Positions 26,553 to 35,526 are shown, counted from the first letter of the stretch. The stretch is DNA of 64,000 nucleotides from an uncultured Acidobacteriaceae bacterium (GCA_963747615.1 CAVVFP010000004.1:4841-68840), one strand, 5' to 3'. Program-made: numbers and translations. Notes: generated from the sequence alone by a model not told the origin.

Positions 26553-28058
26553 TTATGGCGCGGCTCCGAGCTGCGCTCGAATCGCGGCGATCCCGTTGGC
26601 TACGGCAACCGCGATGTGTTGCTGATAATCCGCCGCAGTGAGTTGATTGATGTCGGACGCCGGCGGCGCAACCTCAACCGCAATCGCTGCGGTAACAATG
26701 TTATTCAAAGGTCGAAGCGGCGCGGTAAGAGTACGGACGCTAACCTGTTGCTTTCTCAATTCCGCCGCCACGCTGGTGGCGGCGGCCTGGCTGAGTGGCA
26801 TGAACGACTGTTGGGCGGTGCTCCAGGAGCGGAACGGGCCGCGGTCGTCCTCGCCTCCGTAGGGCAGCAGCGCGGTGTAGAGCCGAACGCCGTGGCCGTT
26901 CGATGCCGCGTGAAAGGCCACATAGACCGCGGCGTGTGTAGAGTTGGCGAAAAAGGCGCGCTCATCGAGCGAGAGATTGGCGTCGGAGTCGCGCAGTACA
27001 AGCGTCGAGATTCCTCGATTCTCAAGCTCCTGGCGCAGCCGGCGCGCAAACGCGACGGTGACATCCTTCTCGGCCAGAGTCGCGCTGAGCGCTTCGCCTC
27101 TGTCATTGCCCCCGTGGCTCGCGTCGACGATTGCGAAGTAACGCCGGGTAATCGAAGGCGATAAAGGCGCTGACGTTGTCGCTGCCGGCGACTGGGCTGC
27201 CACCGTGGTTTGCGCTGGAGTTGCGGCCGGCGCGCTGATTGCAGCAGGTGCAGATCCTGTGGCAGGCCCGGTTGCGGCTCCTGTCGCCCCGCTTGCCGCC
27301 GCTTGAGATTTCACCGGAGCCAGTGTGATGGTTCGGCCATCCGGACTGAAGCTGGCCAACAGCGGCACGGTCGTGGTCACGGTGATTTCAGCGGCGCCAT
27401 TGTTTTCGGAATAAGTTGCAGAAGGAATGGTCCTACTCCCGAACGTCAGCGTGGGAGAAGCTGGCGCAGTGACCGGCTCGCGGCTGAAGGTCATGCGCAC
27501 TCTGCCGGGTTCGCTCGCGATCGACGGATTCACAGGCGCGGTGAATCGAAGGATCAGCCGCGAAGCATCGTCCGTAGAAACCGCCGCGGTGAAGTGAGTA
27601 GCAATGCTGCCGATAAAGAGCCGTCCCGACTCTTCATGCAAAGTTGCCGGACCACCCAGAAAACGCGGCAGCAGGGAACCGAGAGAAGCCAGCGGTACCA
27701 GGCCGCGTCCGTTTTCCAAAAGAAACTTTCCCGCGAGGTCAATCTCTCGTCCCTGGATGAGAACACGGCTTTTCCCGGCTGTAAAATCTCCGAGCATGTT
27801 GTTGTAGTGCAGACGCCATCGTGGCGGCTCTGATTTTGCGCTGACCTTGCCCAGCGGATCCAGTAACTCAAGCAATCCAACATATTCATGGCCTTGCCGC
27901 TGCACGATGGGCAGGGAATAGTTGGCCGCGGAGGAATAAATAGACAGACGCTTCTCCGGCGCGGCCGCAGACACCAGCAGCACAGCCAGGAACAAGAGCG
28001 TGCCGACGGCGGCTCTATCTCTATTCTTGCGAATCCAACTCCCGCTATTCGAGCCCAT
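26553..28058 (-). CDS. N-acetylmuramoyl-L-alanine amidase (Amidase_3, AmiC-like) with N-terminal AMIN-like region
   Basis: 501 aa. Catalytic-domain start FAIVDASHGGNDRGE, later AVYVAFHAAS. Ala/Thr/Pro-rich linker. 14-nt overlap with the upstream DUF1015 gene. Confidence 0.85.
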   Translation of the reverse strand: MGSNSGSWIRKNRDRAAVGTLLFLAVLLVSAAAPEKRLSIYSSAANYSLPIVQRQGHEYVGLLELLDPLGKVSAKSEPPRWRLHYNNMLGDFTAGKSRVLIQGREIDLAGKFLLENGRGLVPLASLGSLLPRFLGGPATLHEESGRLFIGSIATHFTAAVSTDDASRLILRFTAPVNPSIASEPGRVRMTFSREPVTAPASPTLTFGSRTIPSATYSENNGAAEITVTTTVPLLASFSPDGRTITLAPVKSQAAASGATGAATGPATGSAPAAISAPAATPAQTTVAAQSPAATTSAPLSPSITRRYFAIVDASHGGNDRGEALSATLAEKDVTVAFARRLRQELENRGISTLVLRDSDANLSLDERAFFANSTHAAVYVAFHAASNGHGVRLYTALLPYGGEDDRGPFRSWSTAQQSFMPLSQAAATSVAAELRKQQVSVRTLTAPLRPLNNIVTAAIAVEVAPPASDINQLTAADYQQHIAVAVANGIAAIRAQLGAAP

Positions 28059-29367
28059 AAATGGTCAATCCGCTCAGCAACTTGGGGTAGAAGTCGGTGG
28101 ATTTCTGCGGCATAACTTCTCCCGCGAAGGCGATATCGCGCACTTGCGCCATCCGGCAGGGATTCATCAAGAAAGCAATGTTGGCGCGAGAGCCGGCTGC
28201 GCGCACTTGCGACAGAGCTTCAGCCGCGTCACGAACGTAGGAAATATTCTGCTGGTTGCGGATGGATTCTTCCGAAAGCTTCAGCACCTTTTCCAGCAAA
28301 CATTTATGCAGTTGCACCACATCGAGCGCCTGCTGGCTGATCGACAGACCGGCGAAAACTTCCGGAGCGTTTGGATTGGGATGGTGCAGCAGGAACGCGC
28401 GGTTCGCAGTGACTGCGAGGATCGTAGTTCCGCAGCGGCCGGATTCGCGCAGGATCGCTGTGGCGCCGGGAGCGTTGATCGATGCGTCGACCTCGTCAAC
28501 GTCGAAGAACGCGCGCGCTGCACTGCGGAAGTCATTTTCCGAAAAGGAGTCCAGACCGTGCACCAGCCGATGCGTCGGCAGAATGACCAGTCCCGGGCCA
28601 TTCATGTTGACCAGCGTCATCATCACAAACTCATACGGCGCGCCTCCCGCGCCGGGGCGAGGCTCTCCCTTTGATAAGTCGGCGGGGCGGCGCTCGTTGC
28701 GGTAGTTGAGAGCGGTTTCGTAACGATGGTGTCCGTCGGCGATGATGAGCTTCTTGTCTTTCATCGCGGCCTGCACCGAGTGGATCACTTCGGCATTCGT
28801 GACCTCCCACACCCAATGCAGAACTCCATTTTCATCCATTACCGAAATGTCCGGATCGCCCCCGGTGGCAAGCAGCGCTTCAACCTGGCCCGAGTCCTCA
28901 TAAAGCATAAAAATCTGACCGAAGTGGGCGCGGGTGGCGCGCAGAAGGTCGAGCCGGTCGGCCTTGGGTTTGGCCAGAGTTCGTTCGTGGCGGAAAACGA
29001 CGCCCGCGGAATAGTCCTCGATGCGGCCCAGCGCAATGAAGCCGCGCCGTTCCAGTTCGGTAGTTGACCCGGGCCGGGTAAAACGCTGCGAGTAGATGTA
29101 GATCGAGGGCAGGGAATCCTGCCGCAGAATGCCTTGCTGCTTCCAATCTCGAAAATTCCCGGCGGCGCGCGAATATACATTGTTTGCCGGATTGTCATTC
29201 TCTTCCCGCCGCCCAAGAATCACGCGGACCAGGTTATACGGGCTGGCCTCGTAGTAACGATCCTGCAACGCGGCTGTGATCTTGTCATAGGGTTGGGTCA
29301 CCACATCCGTAGGAGAGACCTGCCTCGGGTCATATCGAAACGCGCGAAAAGGATGAATGTCAGCCAT
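28045..29367 (-). CDS. DUF1015-domain protein
   Basis: ORF trimmed to ATG 29367 (MADIHPFRAFRYDP...VVTQPYDKIT), the characteristic DUF1015 N-terminus. IIADGHHRYETAL further on. Confidence 0.85.
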   Translation of the reverse strand: MADIHPFRAFRYDPRQVSPTDVVTQPYDKITAALQDRYYEASPYNLVRVILGRREENDNPANNVYSRAAGNFRDWKQQGILRQDSLPSIYIYSQRFTRPGSTTELERRGFIALGRIEDYSAGVVFRHERTLAKPKADRLDLLRATRAHFGQIFMLYEDSGQVEALLATGGDPDISVMDENGVLHWVWEVTNAEVIHSVQAAMKDKKLIIADGHHRYETALNYRNERRPADLSKGEPRPGAGGAPYEFVMMTLVNMNGPGLVILPTHRLVHGLDSFSENDFRSAARAFFDVDEVDASINAPGATAILRESGRCGTTILAVTANRAFLLHHPNPNAPEVFAGLSISQQALDVVQLHKCLLEKVLKLSEESIRNQQNISYVRDAAEALSQVRAAGSRANIAFLMNPCRMAQVRDIAFAGEVMPQKSTDFYPKLLSGLTIYGLE

Positions 29368-29550
29368 GGAAACTTCTGATTGTAACAAGATAGTGGCGGC
29401 GTCTCCGTGTTTGTGTATATAGGATTTGGAATGAATCGCCCGAATTGGTGCGCCCATCGGCCCGTTTCCGAATTGTCACCAAGATTTGACAAAAATAACA
29501 GGGGGCGCTCGACCAAAGCTGTGATACTATCGCGGCCAATCGAGGTGCTT

Positions 29551-30672
29551 ATGGCTCTCCGCCCTAACACCCAATTTCGGAAGTCCCGCCCGGTTCGACT
29601 CTGCGGCCCAAGTTCTGTCCGAACCAGCCTTACCCAGCCAGGTTTTTTTCGGCTTTTCCTGCGGACTATGCAGTTCGCCCTCGTCGCAGCCTGCGTCTGG
29701 CCATCGCCTGCTCTGGGCCAGGCGGACGTGAACGATGTCCACGTCACGCCCCGCGTAGCCACGCCTAACGATGCCGAAAAAGCGAAGACAGAAGAAGCGG
29801 CAAACCAGGTTGTCCCCGCCTCCCTGACCTCGCACATACGCCCGCTTAAAGTCGCCGTGGATTTGGTGCTAGTACCCGTGACCATCACCGATCCCATGAA
29901 CCGGCTGGTCACTGGCCTCGACAAAGAAAACTTCCAGCTTTTCGAAGGCAGCTCGAAGGAAGAGATCAAATCCTTCTCCAGCGAAGATGCGCCCGTGTCG
30001 CTGGGTGTGATCTTCGATTCCAGCGGAAGCATGAGCAGCAAGATGGAACGTGCCAAGGACGCAGTAGTCGAATTTTTCAAAACCGCCAATCCGCAAGATG
30101 AATTTTTCATGATCACTTTCTCCGACGAGCCCGATATGGTCAGCGATTTCACCAGCTCGGTCGACGAGATCCAGGACAAGCTGCTCTACACCTCTCCGCG
30201 AAAGCGCACCGCGCTGCTCGATGCGATCTACATGGGCGTCAGCAAGATGAGGCAGGCCAGGTATCCCAAGAAAGCGCTACTCATCATCTCCGATGGGGGC
30301 GACAATCATAGCCGTTACACCGAGGGCGAGATTAAGGCGATTGTGAAGGAAGCCGACATTATGGTCTATGCCATCGGCATTTACGATCGGTATTTCCAGA
30401 GTCAGGAAGAGCAGTTGGGTCCGCAACTGCTCGGTGAGATCGCCGAACTGACCGGAGGGCGGGCGTTTACGGTGGAGAACCCCAACGACCTGGCCGATGT
30501 GGCCACCAAGATTGGCATTGAACTGCGCAACCAATATGTGCTCGGATATCGTCCAAGCAGAGAAGTGCGGGACGGTAAATGGCGTAAGATTAAGGTGAAG
30601 TTACTCGCGCCGAAAGGATTGCCCCCACTCCGAGTGTATGCCAGGACCGGATATTACGCACCCGAAGAATGA
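29551..30672 (+). CDS. VWA-domain protein (TIGR03436 Acidobacterial VWFA type)
   Basis: LKVAVDLVLVPVTITDPMNRLVTGLDKENFQLFEGSSKEEIKSFSSEDAPVSLGVIFDSSGSM is the TIGR03436-style N-terminus with a MIDAS DxSxS. The start is uncertain (ATG 29551 or 29668; the ORF opens at 29407). Confidence 0.8.
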   Translation: MALRPNTQFRKSRPVRLCGPSSVRTSLTQPGFFRLFLRTMQFALVAACVWPSPALGQADVNDVHVTPRVATPNDAEKAKTEEAANQVVPASLTSHIRPLKVAVDLVLVPVTITDPMNRLVTGLDKENFQLFEGSSKEEIKSFSSEDAPVSLGVIFDSSGSMSSKMERAKDAVVEFFKTANPQDEFFMITFSDEPDMVSDFTSSVDEIQDKLLYTSPRKRTALLDAIYMGVSKMRQARYPKKALLIISDGGDNHSRYTEGEIKAIVKEADIMVYAIGIYDRYFQSQEEQLGPQLLGEIAELTGGRAFTVENPNDLADVATKIGIELRNQYVLGYRPSREVRDGKWRKIKVKLLAPKGLPPLRVYARTGYYAPEE

Positions 30673-30712
30673 CCTGAAGAAGAGTGACCCGAAGAAGAGT
30701 GCCCCGAAGAAT

Positions 30713-31780
30713 TTGCGGCCAGCGAGGTTTTTCCTTTTTCTAAAGTGTTCGCTGTGTGCCGCAGCCGTCCTCGTGCTGCTGGCCTCTGAATCGCCTGAGT
30801 TCCATGCTTCCCCATCTCAGCCTCCTCAGGCCCAAGTTTCTCAGGATAAGGTTCCTCAGGATAAGGCTCCTCAGGATAAGTCCAGCGCGCCCGCCGCTTC
30901 CACCCCGCAGCAAGCTCCCGATGACAACGGAACCTACGTCATACGGAAAGACGTCGATGAAGTCCTGCTGCACGCCACGGTCATCGACGACAAACAGCAC
31001 ATTGTCACCAACCTTGATCGCAATGCTTTTACCATCTACGAAGACGGCAAACCGCAGAACATAATTTCTTTCCACAATGAAGATATTCCCGTTTCGATGG
31101 GAATCGTGATCGATAATTCCGGCTCGATGCGCGAAAAGCGCGCCAAGGTCAACCAGGCGGCGTTGAACCTGGTGCGCTCCAGCAATCCCGAGGACGAAGT
31201 CTTCGTGGTCAATTTCAACGACGAATACTATCTCGACCAGGATTTCACAAACGATCTGCTGAAGTTGAAAGAGGCGCTCGAGAAAATTGATGCCCGCGGC
31301 GGAACCGCGATGCGCGACGCACTCGTGGCCTCGGCCGAGCACCTCAAAAGAGACGCCAAACTGGAGCGCAGAGTGTTGTTCGTCGTGACCGACGGAGACG
31401 ACAACGCCAGCCGCGACAGTCTCGAGGATGCAGTGAAGCAGTTGCAGCAGGAAAATGGTCCGTCAGTCTATGCCATCGGAATCCTGGGAGACGAAGAGCA
31501 TCCCAAACGCGCCCGCCGCGCGCTCGAAATCATCGCGCAACGAACCGGCGGACTCGCCTTCTTCCCGTCGACTCTCGATCAAGTGGATGAGATCAGCCGG
31601 CAAGTGGCGCACGACATCCGCAACCAATACACCATCGGCTACAAACCCACGAACCCCAGAGCCAGCGGCGGCTTCCGCACCATTCGAGTCGAGGCCAGAA
31701 AAGGCCACGGCAAGCTGCTCGTGCGCACCAAGAGCGGCTACTACGCCGGAGCCCAACCGTCGGCGGCGGGAACGAAGTAA
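30713..31780 (+). CDS. VWA-domain protein (TIGR03436 type), second copy
   Basis: VLLHATVIDDKQHIVTNLDRNAFTIYEDGKPQNIISFHNEDIPVSMGIVIDNSGSM. The signal peptide begins at TTG 30713 (RPARFFLFLKCSLCAAAVLVLLA). The alternative ATG 30638 would overlap the upstream gene by 35 nt. QDK(V/A)P triple repeat near the N-terminus. Confidence 0.8.
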   Translation: MRPARFFLFLKCSLCAAAVLVLLASESPEFHASPSQPPQAQVSQDKVPQDKAPQDKSSAPAASTPQQAPDDNGTYVIRKDVDEVLLHATVIDDKQHIVTNLDRNAFTIYEDGKPQNIISFHNEDIPVSMGIVIDNSGSMREKRAKVNQAALNLVRSSNPEDEVFVVNFNDEYYLDQDFTNDLLKLKEALEKIDARGGTAMRDALVASAEHLKRDAKLERRVLFVVTDGDDNASRDSLEDAVKQLQQENGPSVYAIGILGDEEHPKRARRALEIIAQRTGGLAFFPSTLDQVDEISRQVAHDIRNQYTIGYKPTNPRASGGFRTIRVEARKGHGKLLVRTKSGYYAGAQPSAAGTK

Positions 31781-31850
31781 CCCGTTAGACTTTTACGCCG
31801 GCTCACTTCTAGCCCAAGATTCAGCTTGGTGGGTCAATTTGAATTCCGTT

Positions 31851-31918
31851 TTGAAAGGGCGCGGCTTCAGCCGCGCCGTAAGTGCCCGAAAATCACTCGC
31901 GGCTTTAGCCGCTGAGGG
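31851..31918. repeat. REP-like element: TTGAAAGGGCGCGGCTTCAGCCGCGCC core plus second GC hairpin
   Basis: 8-bp stem GGCGCGGC/GCCGCGCC with a TTCA loop (31858-31877). Second hairpin GCGGC-TTTA-GCCGC (31899-31912). The same core occurs in reverse orientation at 44101-44127 and 53553-53579. Confidence 0.8.
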
Positions 31919-32033
31919 GACGCGCTTTTCGAACCGAACCCACTACCAGGATTCATGCTTCCGGGCCTCTGCGGTCGCGGAAGAGTATGATGTGTGCGCT
32001 GTAGCAGAAGCTACGGCTTGAAGGAGAATTCCA

Positions 32034-32834
32034 ATGAAATCTACACATCGATCCATTGCTTTCGCGTCGTTTCTCGCAATGGTTCTCATGGTTCCCATGG
32101 CGCTGTTCGCCCAGAGCCCGTTCGATGGCACCTGGCTCACCAACATGGATCAGGCGAAAATATCGCCGAAGCCAATCGTCGTTTCTTTGAAAGGTGGTAT
32201 GTACGATTGCAGCAGTTGCAATCCGCAGATCAACGTCAAGGCTGATGGACAGGACCAATCCGTCACTGGACAGTCTTATGACACAATCAGCGTTCGCGAA
32301 ATCGATTCCAAGTCGATTGAGGTCAAGACCAAGAAGAACGGCAAGCCGGTCTTCGAGCAGACTCGAACAGTCTCGGACGACGGGAAGATGTTGACGATCA
32401 AAAATACCAGTTACAGGCCAGGCAACGACCAAACCGTGACCGCGGAGGTGACCTACACTCGCCTCGGAAAAGCTCCTGCGGGCGCCAATGGGACTTCGGG
32501 TTCGTGGCGCATAAACAAGGTCAAGGAGAGCGACAACGGCCTCACCACAACCTACAAGACCAACGGCGATGAGCTGACCATGTCCGCTCCGTCAGGCGAA
32601 ACCTACACCGCGAAGCTGGACGGCAAGGACTACCCATACAAGGGAGCCTTTTTCGCCGACACCGTCTCGTTGAAGCGCATCAACGACCACACGATTGAGG
32701 AAACTGACAAGCGCGATGGCAAGGTGGTAGAGGTGTCAAAAATAACCGTGTCGGCGGATGGGAAGACACTGACAACGGTCTCGACCGCGACGCTGACCAA
32801 GCGGACATCCACATTCGTAGCCACGAAGCAGTAA
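32034..32834 (+). CDS. hypothetical secreted protein
   Basis: 266 aa. Signal peptide MKSTHRSIAFASFLAMVLMVPMALFAQ. Beta-rich, Lys/Thr/Asp-rich body. No family recognised. Confidence 0.65.
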   Translation: MKSTHRSIAFASFLAMVLMVPMALFAQSPFDGTWLTNMDQAKISPKPIVVSLKGGMYDCSSCNPQINVKADGQDQSVTGQSYDTISVREIDSKSIEVKTKKNGKPVFEQTRTVSDDGKMLTIKNTSYRPGNDQTVTAEVTYTRLGKAPAGANGTSGSWRINKVKESDNGLTTTYKTNGDELTMSAPSGETYTAKLDGKDYPYKGAFFADTVSLKRINDHTIEETDKRDGKVVEVSKITVSADGKTLTTVSTATLTKRTSTFVATKQ

Positions 32835-32870
32835 GGTTGGAATTTCCGGCCTCCTCGAATATCCCCGGTT

Positions 32871-32920
32871 GCCCCATCCTTGTCTCTCCGTCTTTTGGAG
32901 AGACAGGGTGGGGATTTTGA
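32871..32920 (+). repeat. hairpin repeat GCCCCATCCTTGTC...GACAGGGTGGGGATTTTGA
   Basis: CCCCATCCTTGTCTCTCC / GGAGAGACAGGGTGGGG imperfect inverted repeat followed by ATTTTGA. Related copies at 43838-43880 (same orientation) and 43911-43961 (inverted). Confidence 0.8.
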
Positions 32921-32955
32921 CGTCGCAAGATCGGAGGCGTCAGCATCGCCCGTCC

Positions 32956-33378
32956 ATGGATCACCCCATCCTTCTCTACGACGGCGTCTGCGGACTCTGC
33001 AATCGCCTCGTCCAGGTCGTTCTTCGCCGCGATCACGATGCCGTCTTCCGCTTTGCGCCGCTGCAAAGCGCTCTCGCCGCCTCCATCATCATTCGCCACG
33101 GAGCCAAACCGAGTGATCTCGACACGGTCTATTGCGTGGTCAACCGCGATCTGCCGGACGAACTTCTGCTCTCGCGCTCCGACGCTGTCCTCTTCGTCCT
33201 GAAGCAACTGCGAGGCGTGTGGCGTGCCGCATTCCTCGTGCAACTCGTCCCAAAATTCCTGCGCGACCCGCTTTACAATATCGTAGCCCGCAATCGCTAC
33301 CGCATCTTTGGCCGTTATGAAGTTTGCCCGCTGCCTCGCGAGCAGGACCGCAGCCGCTTCCTCGATGGGCAGGAATAG
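32956..33378 (+). CDS. thiol-disulfide oxidoreductase, DCC family (DUF393)
   Basis: MDHPILLYDGVCGLCNRLVQVVLRRDHDAVFRFAPLQS carries the DCC motif. Start taken at ATG 32956; the upstream part of the ORF is the repeat element. Confidence 0.8.
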   Translation: MDHPILLYDGVCGLCNRLVQVVLRRDHDAVFRFAPLQSALAASIIIRHGAKPSDLDTVYCVVNRDLPDELLLSRSDAVLFVLKQLRGVWRAAFLVQLVPKFLRDPLYNIVARNRYRIFGRYEVCPLPREQDRSRFLDGQE

Positions 33379-33389
33379 GAAAGGTTGTT

Positions 33390-33744
33390 TCAGCGCGTAG
33401 GCCGTCGCCGCGCCGAATTTTGTTTCTTCTTGTCCGCTGCGGCCGAGCGCCATGCCCCGTGCAGCAGATCTCGCATCGCTTCGGGATCCACGCGATCCAG
33501 CCGCACCAGGATCCACTCGTAATTCAAATAGTGATCCGTGATGAAATAGGTTTCTCGGATCAGCCTCCATCAGCGCAGCGCGCTGCTCAAAATCCATTCG
33601 CACCACCAGCGCGTCGAGATCTTGATGCAGCCGCGCAAACAGAACTCCGCCTACCTTGAACCCCGGCGTCCCGTAAGACGACACTTCTTCCGCATGCTCC
33701 AGCGCCAACGCCATCCGCCGCGCCATTTCAAAGGTTACCGCCAC
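33390..33744 (-). pseudogene. MmcQ/YjbR-like protein with a frame disruption near 33549-33560
   Basis: N-terminus MAVTFEMARRMALALEHAEEVSSYGTPGFKVGGVLFARLHQDLDALVVRMDFEQRAALMEADP is in one frame. ETYFITDHYLNYEWILVRLDRVDPEAMRDLLHGAWRSAAADKKKQNSARRRPTR* follows in the next frame. 355 nt = 3n+1, so a likely extra A in ccgAgaaacc. Confidence 0.65.
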
Positions 33745-33821
33745 GATTCACCGCCGGCTGGCCGGCCAAGCCGCCGCCGCAAAGTATATCGTGGGATAAC
33801 CTCGTTCGCCGCACCGACGCA

Positions 33822-33962
33822 TTACATCGTCTTCATTCTGATGTAGCGCGGCAGCTCGGGCAGCGCCGTTAAGACAAGGTAAGCCCCGAAGAGTATTCCC
33901 ACTGCTCCCACGACCTCGCAGGCCACGAGAACCGCGTTCAGAACTGGATTGGAAGTTGTCAT
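33822..33962 (-). CDS. hypothetical 46-aa membrane peptide (not in the ORF track)
   Basis: ATG 33962 to TAA 33822-33824. MTTSNPVLNAVLVACEVVGAVGILFGAYLVLTALPELPRYIRMKTM has one clean TM helix. It is much more protein-like than the overlapping listed ORF 33748..33987. Confidence 0.4.
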   Translation of the reverse strand: MTTSNPVLNAVLVACEVVGAVGILFGAYLVLTALPELPRYIRMKTM

Positions 33963-34017
33963 TTGCGAACCCTAACCTTTCGTTCACCGGCTGAATGTCG
34001 GCTGTTCATGTCAGACG

Positions 34018-34320
34018 TCATGCCGAGTGGCGCTCTTTGAATTCCTCAATCTTGCCCTTGGCCTTGTCTTTCGCGTCATCCACGGACTGACTGATGTTCT
34101 CCCGCTTCTGGGCAGCCTTCTCAGATGCAGCTTCCTTGTGCGAGTCCTGGATCTGCTTCGCCGCGTCCTTCGCATCGCCCCAGGTTTCGATCACCGCGCC
34201 TTTGACCTGGTTGACGACGCCCTTGTTGGCTAGCTTGTCGCTGCCAACACCTTCTCCAACACTCTGCTGCGCTTTTCCCACTGCCTGATCGATCTTGCCA
34301 GTCACTTGGTCCTTATTCAT
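34018..34320 (-). CDS. csbD: CsbD-family stress protein
   Basis: ATG 34320 is preceded by GGAGGA. MNKDQVTGKIDQAVGKAQQSVGEGVGSDKLANKGVVNQVKGAVIETWGDAKD is a typical CsbD repeat. Confidence 0.85.
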   Translation of the reverse strand: MNKDQVTGKIDQAVGKAQQSVGEGVGSDKLANKGVVNQVKGAVIETWGDAKDAAKQIQDSHKEAASEKAAQKRENISQSVDDAKDKAKGKIEEFKERHSA

Positions 34321-34350
34321 AAATCCTCCTGAGATTCTGTATGGTTGCGC

Positions 34351-34389
34351 ATGTTTTCTGAACATGTTTTCTAAATACGTTTTCTGAAT
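34351..34389. repeat. 3 x 13-nt tandem repeat upstream of csbD
   Basis: ATGTTTTCTGAAC / ATGTTTTCTAAAT / ACGTTTTCTGAAT. It lies 31-69 nt upstream of the csbD ATG on the coding-strand side. Confidence 0.8.
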
Positions 34390-34546
34390 GCGCTCAAGAG
34401 CCATTCAGTTACTAAAGCCTACGGGTCAAGATTCGCGCCAACTATCGGGCGAACAGTGTAGACAGCCTTAATTCGGACAGCAGAGCTCGATCGACCAGGT
34501 TGGATCGACCTGCCTGCGACAACTACCTTGCGACAACCAGATCGAA

Positions 34547-35200
34547 TCACGCGCGCTTGCGGATCTTCGTTATCTTCTTTCCCGCAGCAGGCGTAGCTTT
34601 GTGAGCGATCGCCTTTTTCTTTTTCTTCTTGGTTGCGGCTTTCATCGGAGGCACCAATTCCAGCTTGGGCCGTTTCGCCATCCGATGGTGGCCATGCTGC
34701 AGCGGCTGGATGCGCGCAGCTTCGGCGTCCACTCGCTCGCGTGCGTTTTCAAATTTTTGCCGCTCCTCATCCAGGTATTCTGCAATCGTCTGAGTTGTCA
34801 TGGCAGCAGTGTCGCAGAACGGTCTCGAGCAATCTGTCCCATTTTGGCCACTTTCTTGCGAGGATTCGTAATTTGTGTTCTCAGGGCGGAGTCCCGCGGT
34901 CCTCAAATTCACGCTCGCCGTCTGGAGCTTGTAGAGAATCTGCCCCGCGCGTTTGTGGCTGATGTTGCCGGACAGCAGCTGTGTCATGACTTGTGCAAGA
35001 GCGCGCTGCACGGACGGCACATTGTTCAGCGGCGCGGATTCAAACCATCTCTGCCGCGTACGCTCTGCGTTTTTTCTTGCGTCGCGCGCTTGCTGAAGAC
35101 GATGGGAATAGCAGTACCGCGTGCCCCTCATGGCGGGGGATCCGCAGCGAGTGGTGTTGTCCATCCAGTGCTGGCATAGCGGGATTATGGCTGTTTCCAT
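34547..35200 (-). CDS. hypothetical protein: N-terminal Cys/His cluster, C-terminal Lys-rich tail
   Basis: 217 aa. CQHWMDNTTRCGSPAMRGTRYCYSH (C-x10-C-x10-C-x2-H). The C-terminus is KAATKKKKKKAIAHKATPAAGKKITKIRKRA. Confidence 0.6.
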   Translation of the reverse strand: METAIIPLCQHWMDNTTRCGSPAMRGTRYCYSHRLQQARDARKNAERTRQRWFESAPLNNVPSVQRALAQVMTQLLSGNISHKRAGQILYKLQTASVNLRTAGLRPENTNYESSQESGQNGTDCSRPFCDTAAMTTQTIAEYLDEERQKFENARERVDAEAARIQPLQHGHHRMAKRPKLELVPPMKAATKKKKKKAIAHKATPAAGKKITKIRKRA

Positions 35201-35526
35201 GTTTCGGCTCGGTTGGGGTTGCTAGTCGTTTCGACTGACGAGTGGCCGCCCTACCCCCCATTTTGCAAATTATTCAGAGTCATGGACTTTGCGGTATTTT
35301 CGTGGCAAATACATGATTCTCAATGAGTTGGATTCTTAATTCCTTTGAATCATGTACTTACGAGCCACGTGTTTACCTGCCTGGGTTTGGGGCCGCCTTC
35401 GCGGTACTCCTTGTGCTGGACAATCATGGAGTGATTTATCCGCGGGCGCAAGGTCAGATGTCACAACGCGGCTGTGGAAAACTAATTGGTGGATTTGCTC
35501 AGACCTTCAAAAGCCCTGTAAGACCC

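Noticed and set aside
32680-33744. A 354-aa minus-strand ORF overlapping the DCC oxidoreductase gene
   Set aside because: Only the first ~63 residues are protein-like (MmcQ/YjbR N-terminus). The rest is antisense read-through of the DCC gene. The genuine C-terminus is in another frame and ends at 33390.
34355-34385. An EcfG-type general-stress promoter motif (GAAC-N14-CGTT) near csbD
   Set aside because: It reads on the plus strand, pointing away from csbD, with no plus-strand gene downstream. The spacing is also shorter than the GGAAC-N16-17-CGTT consensus.
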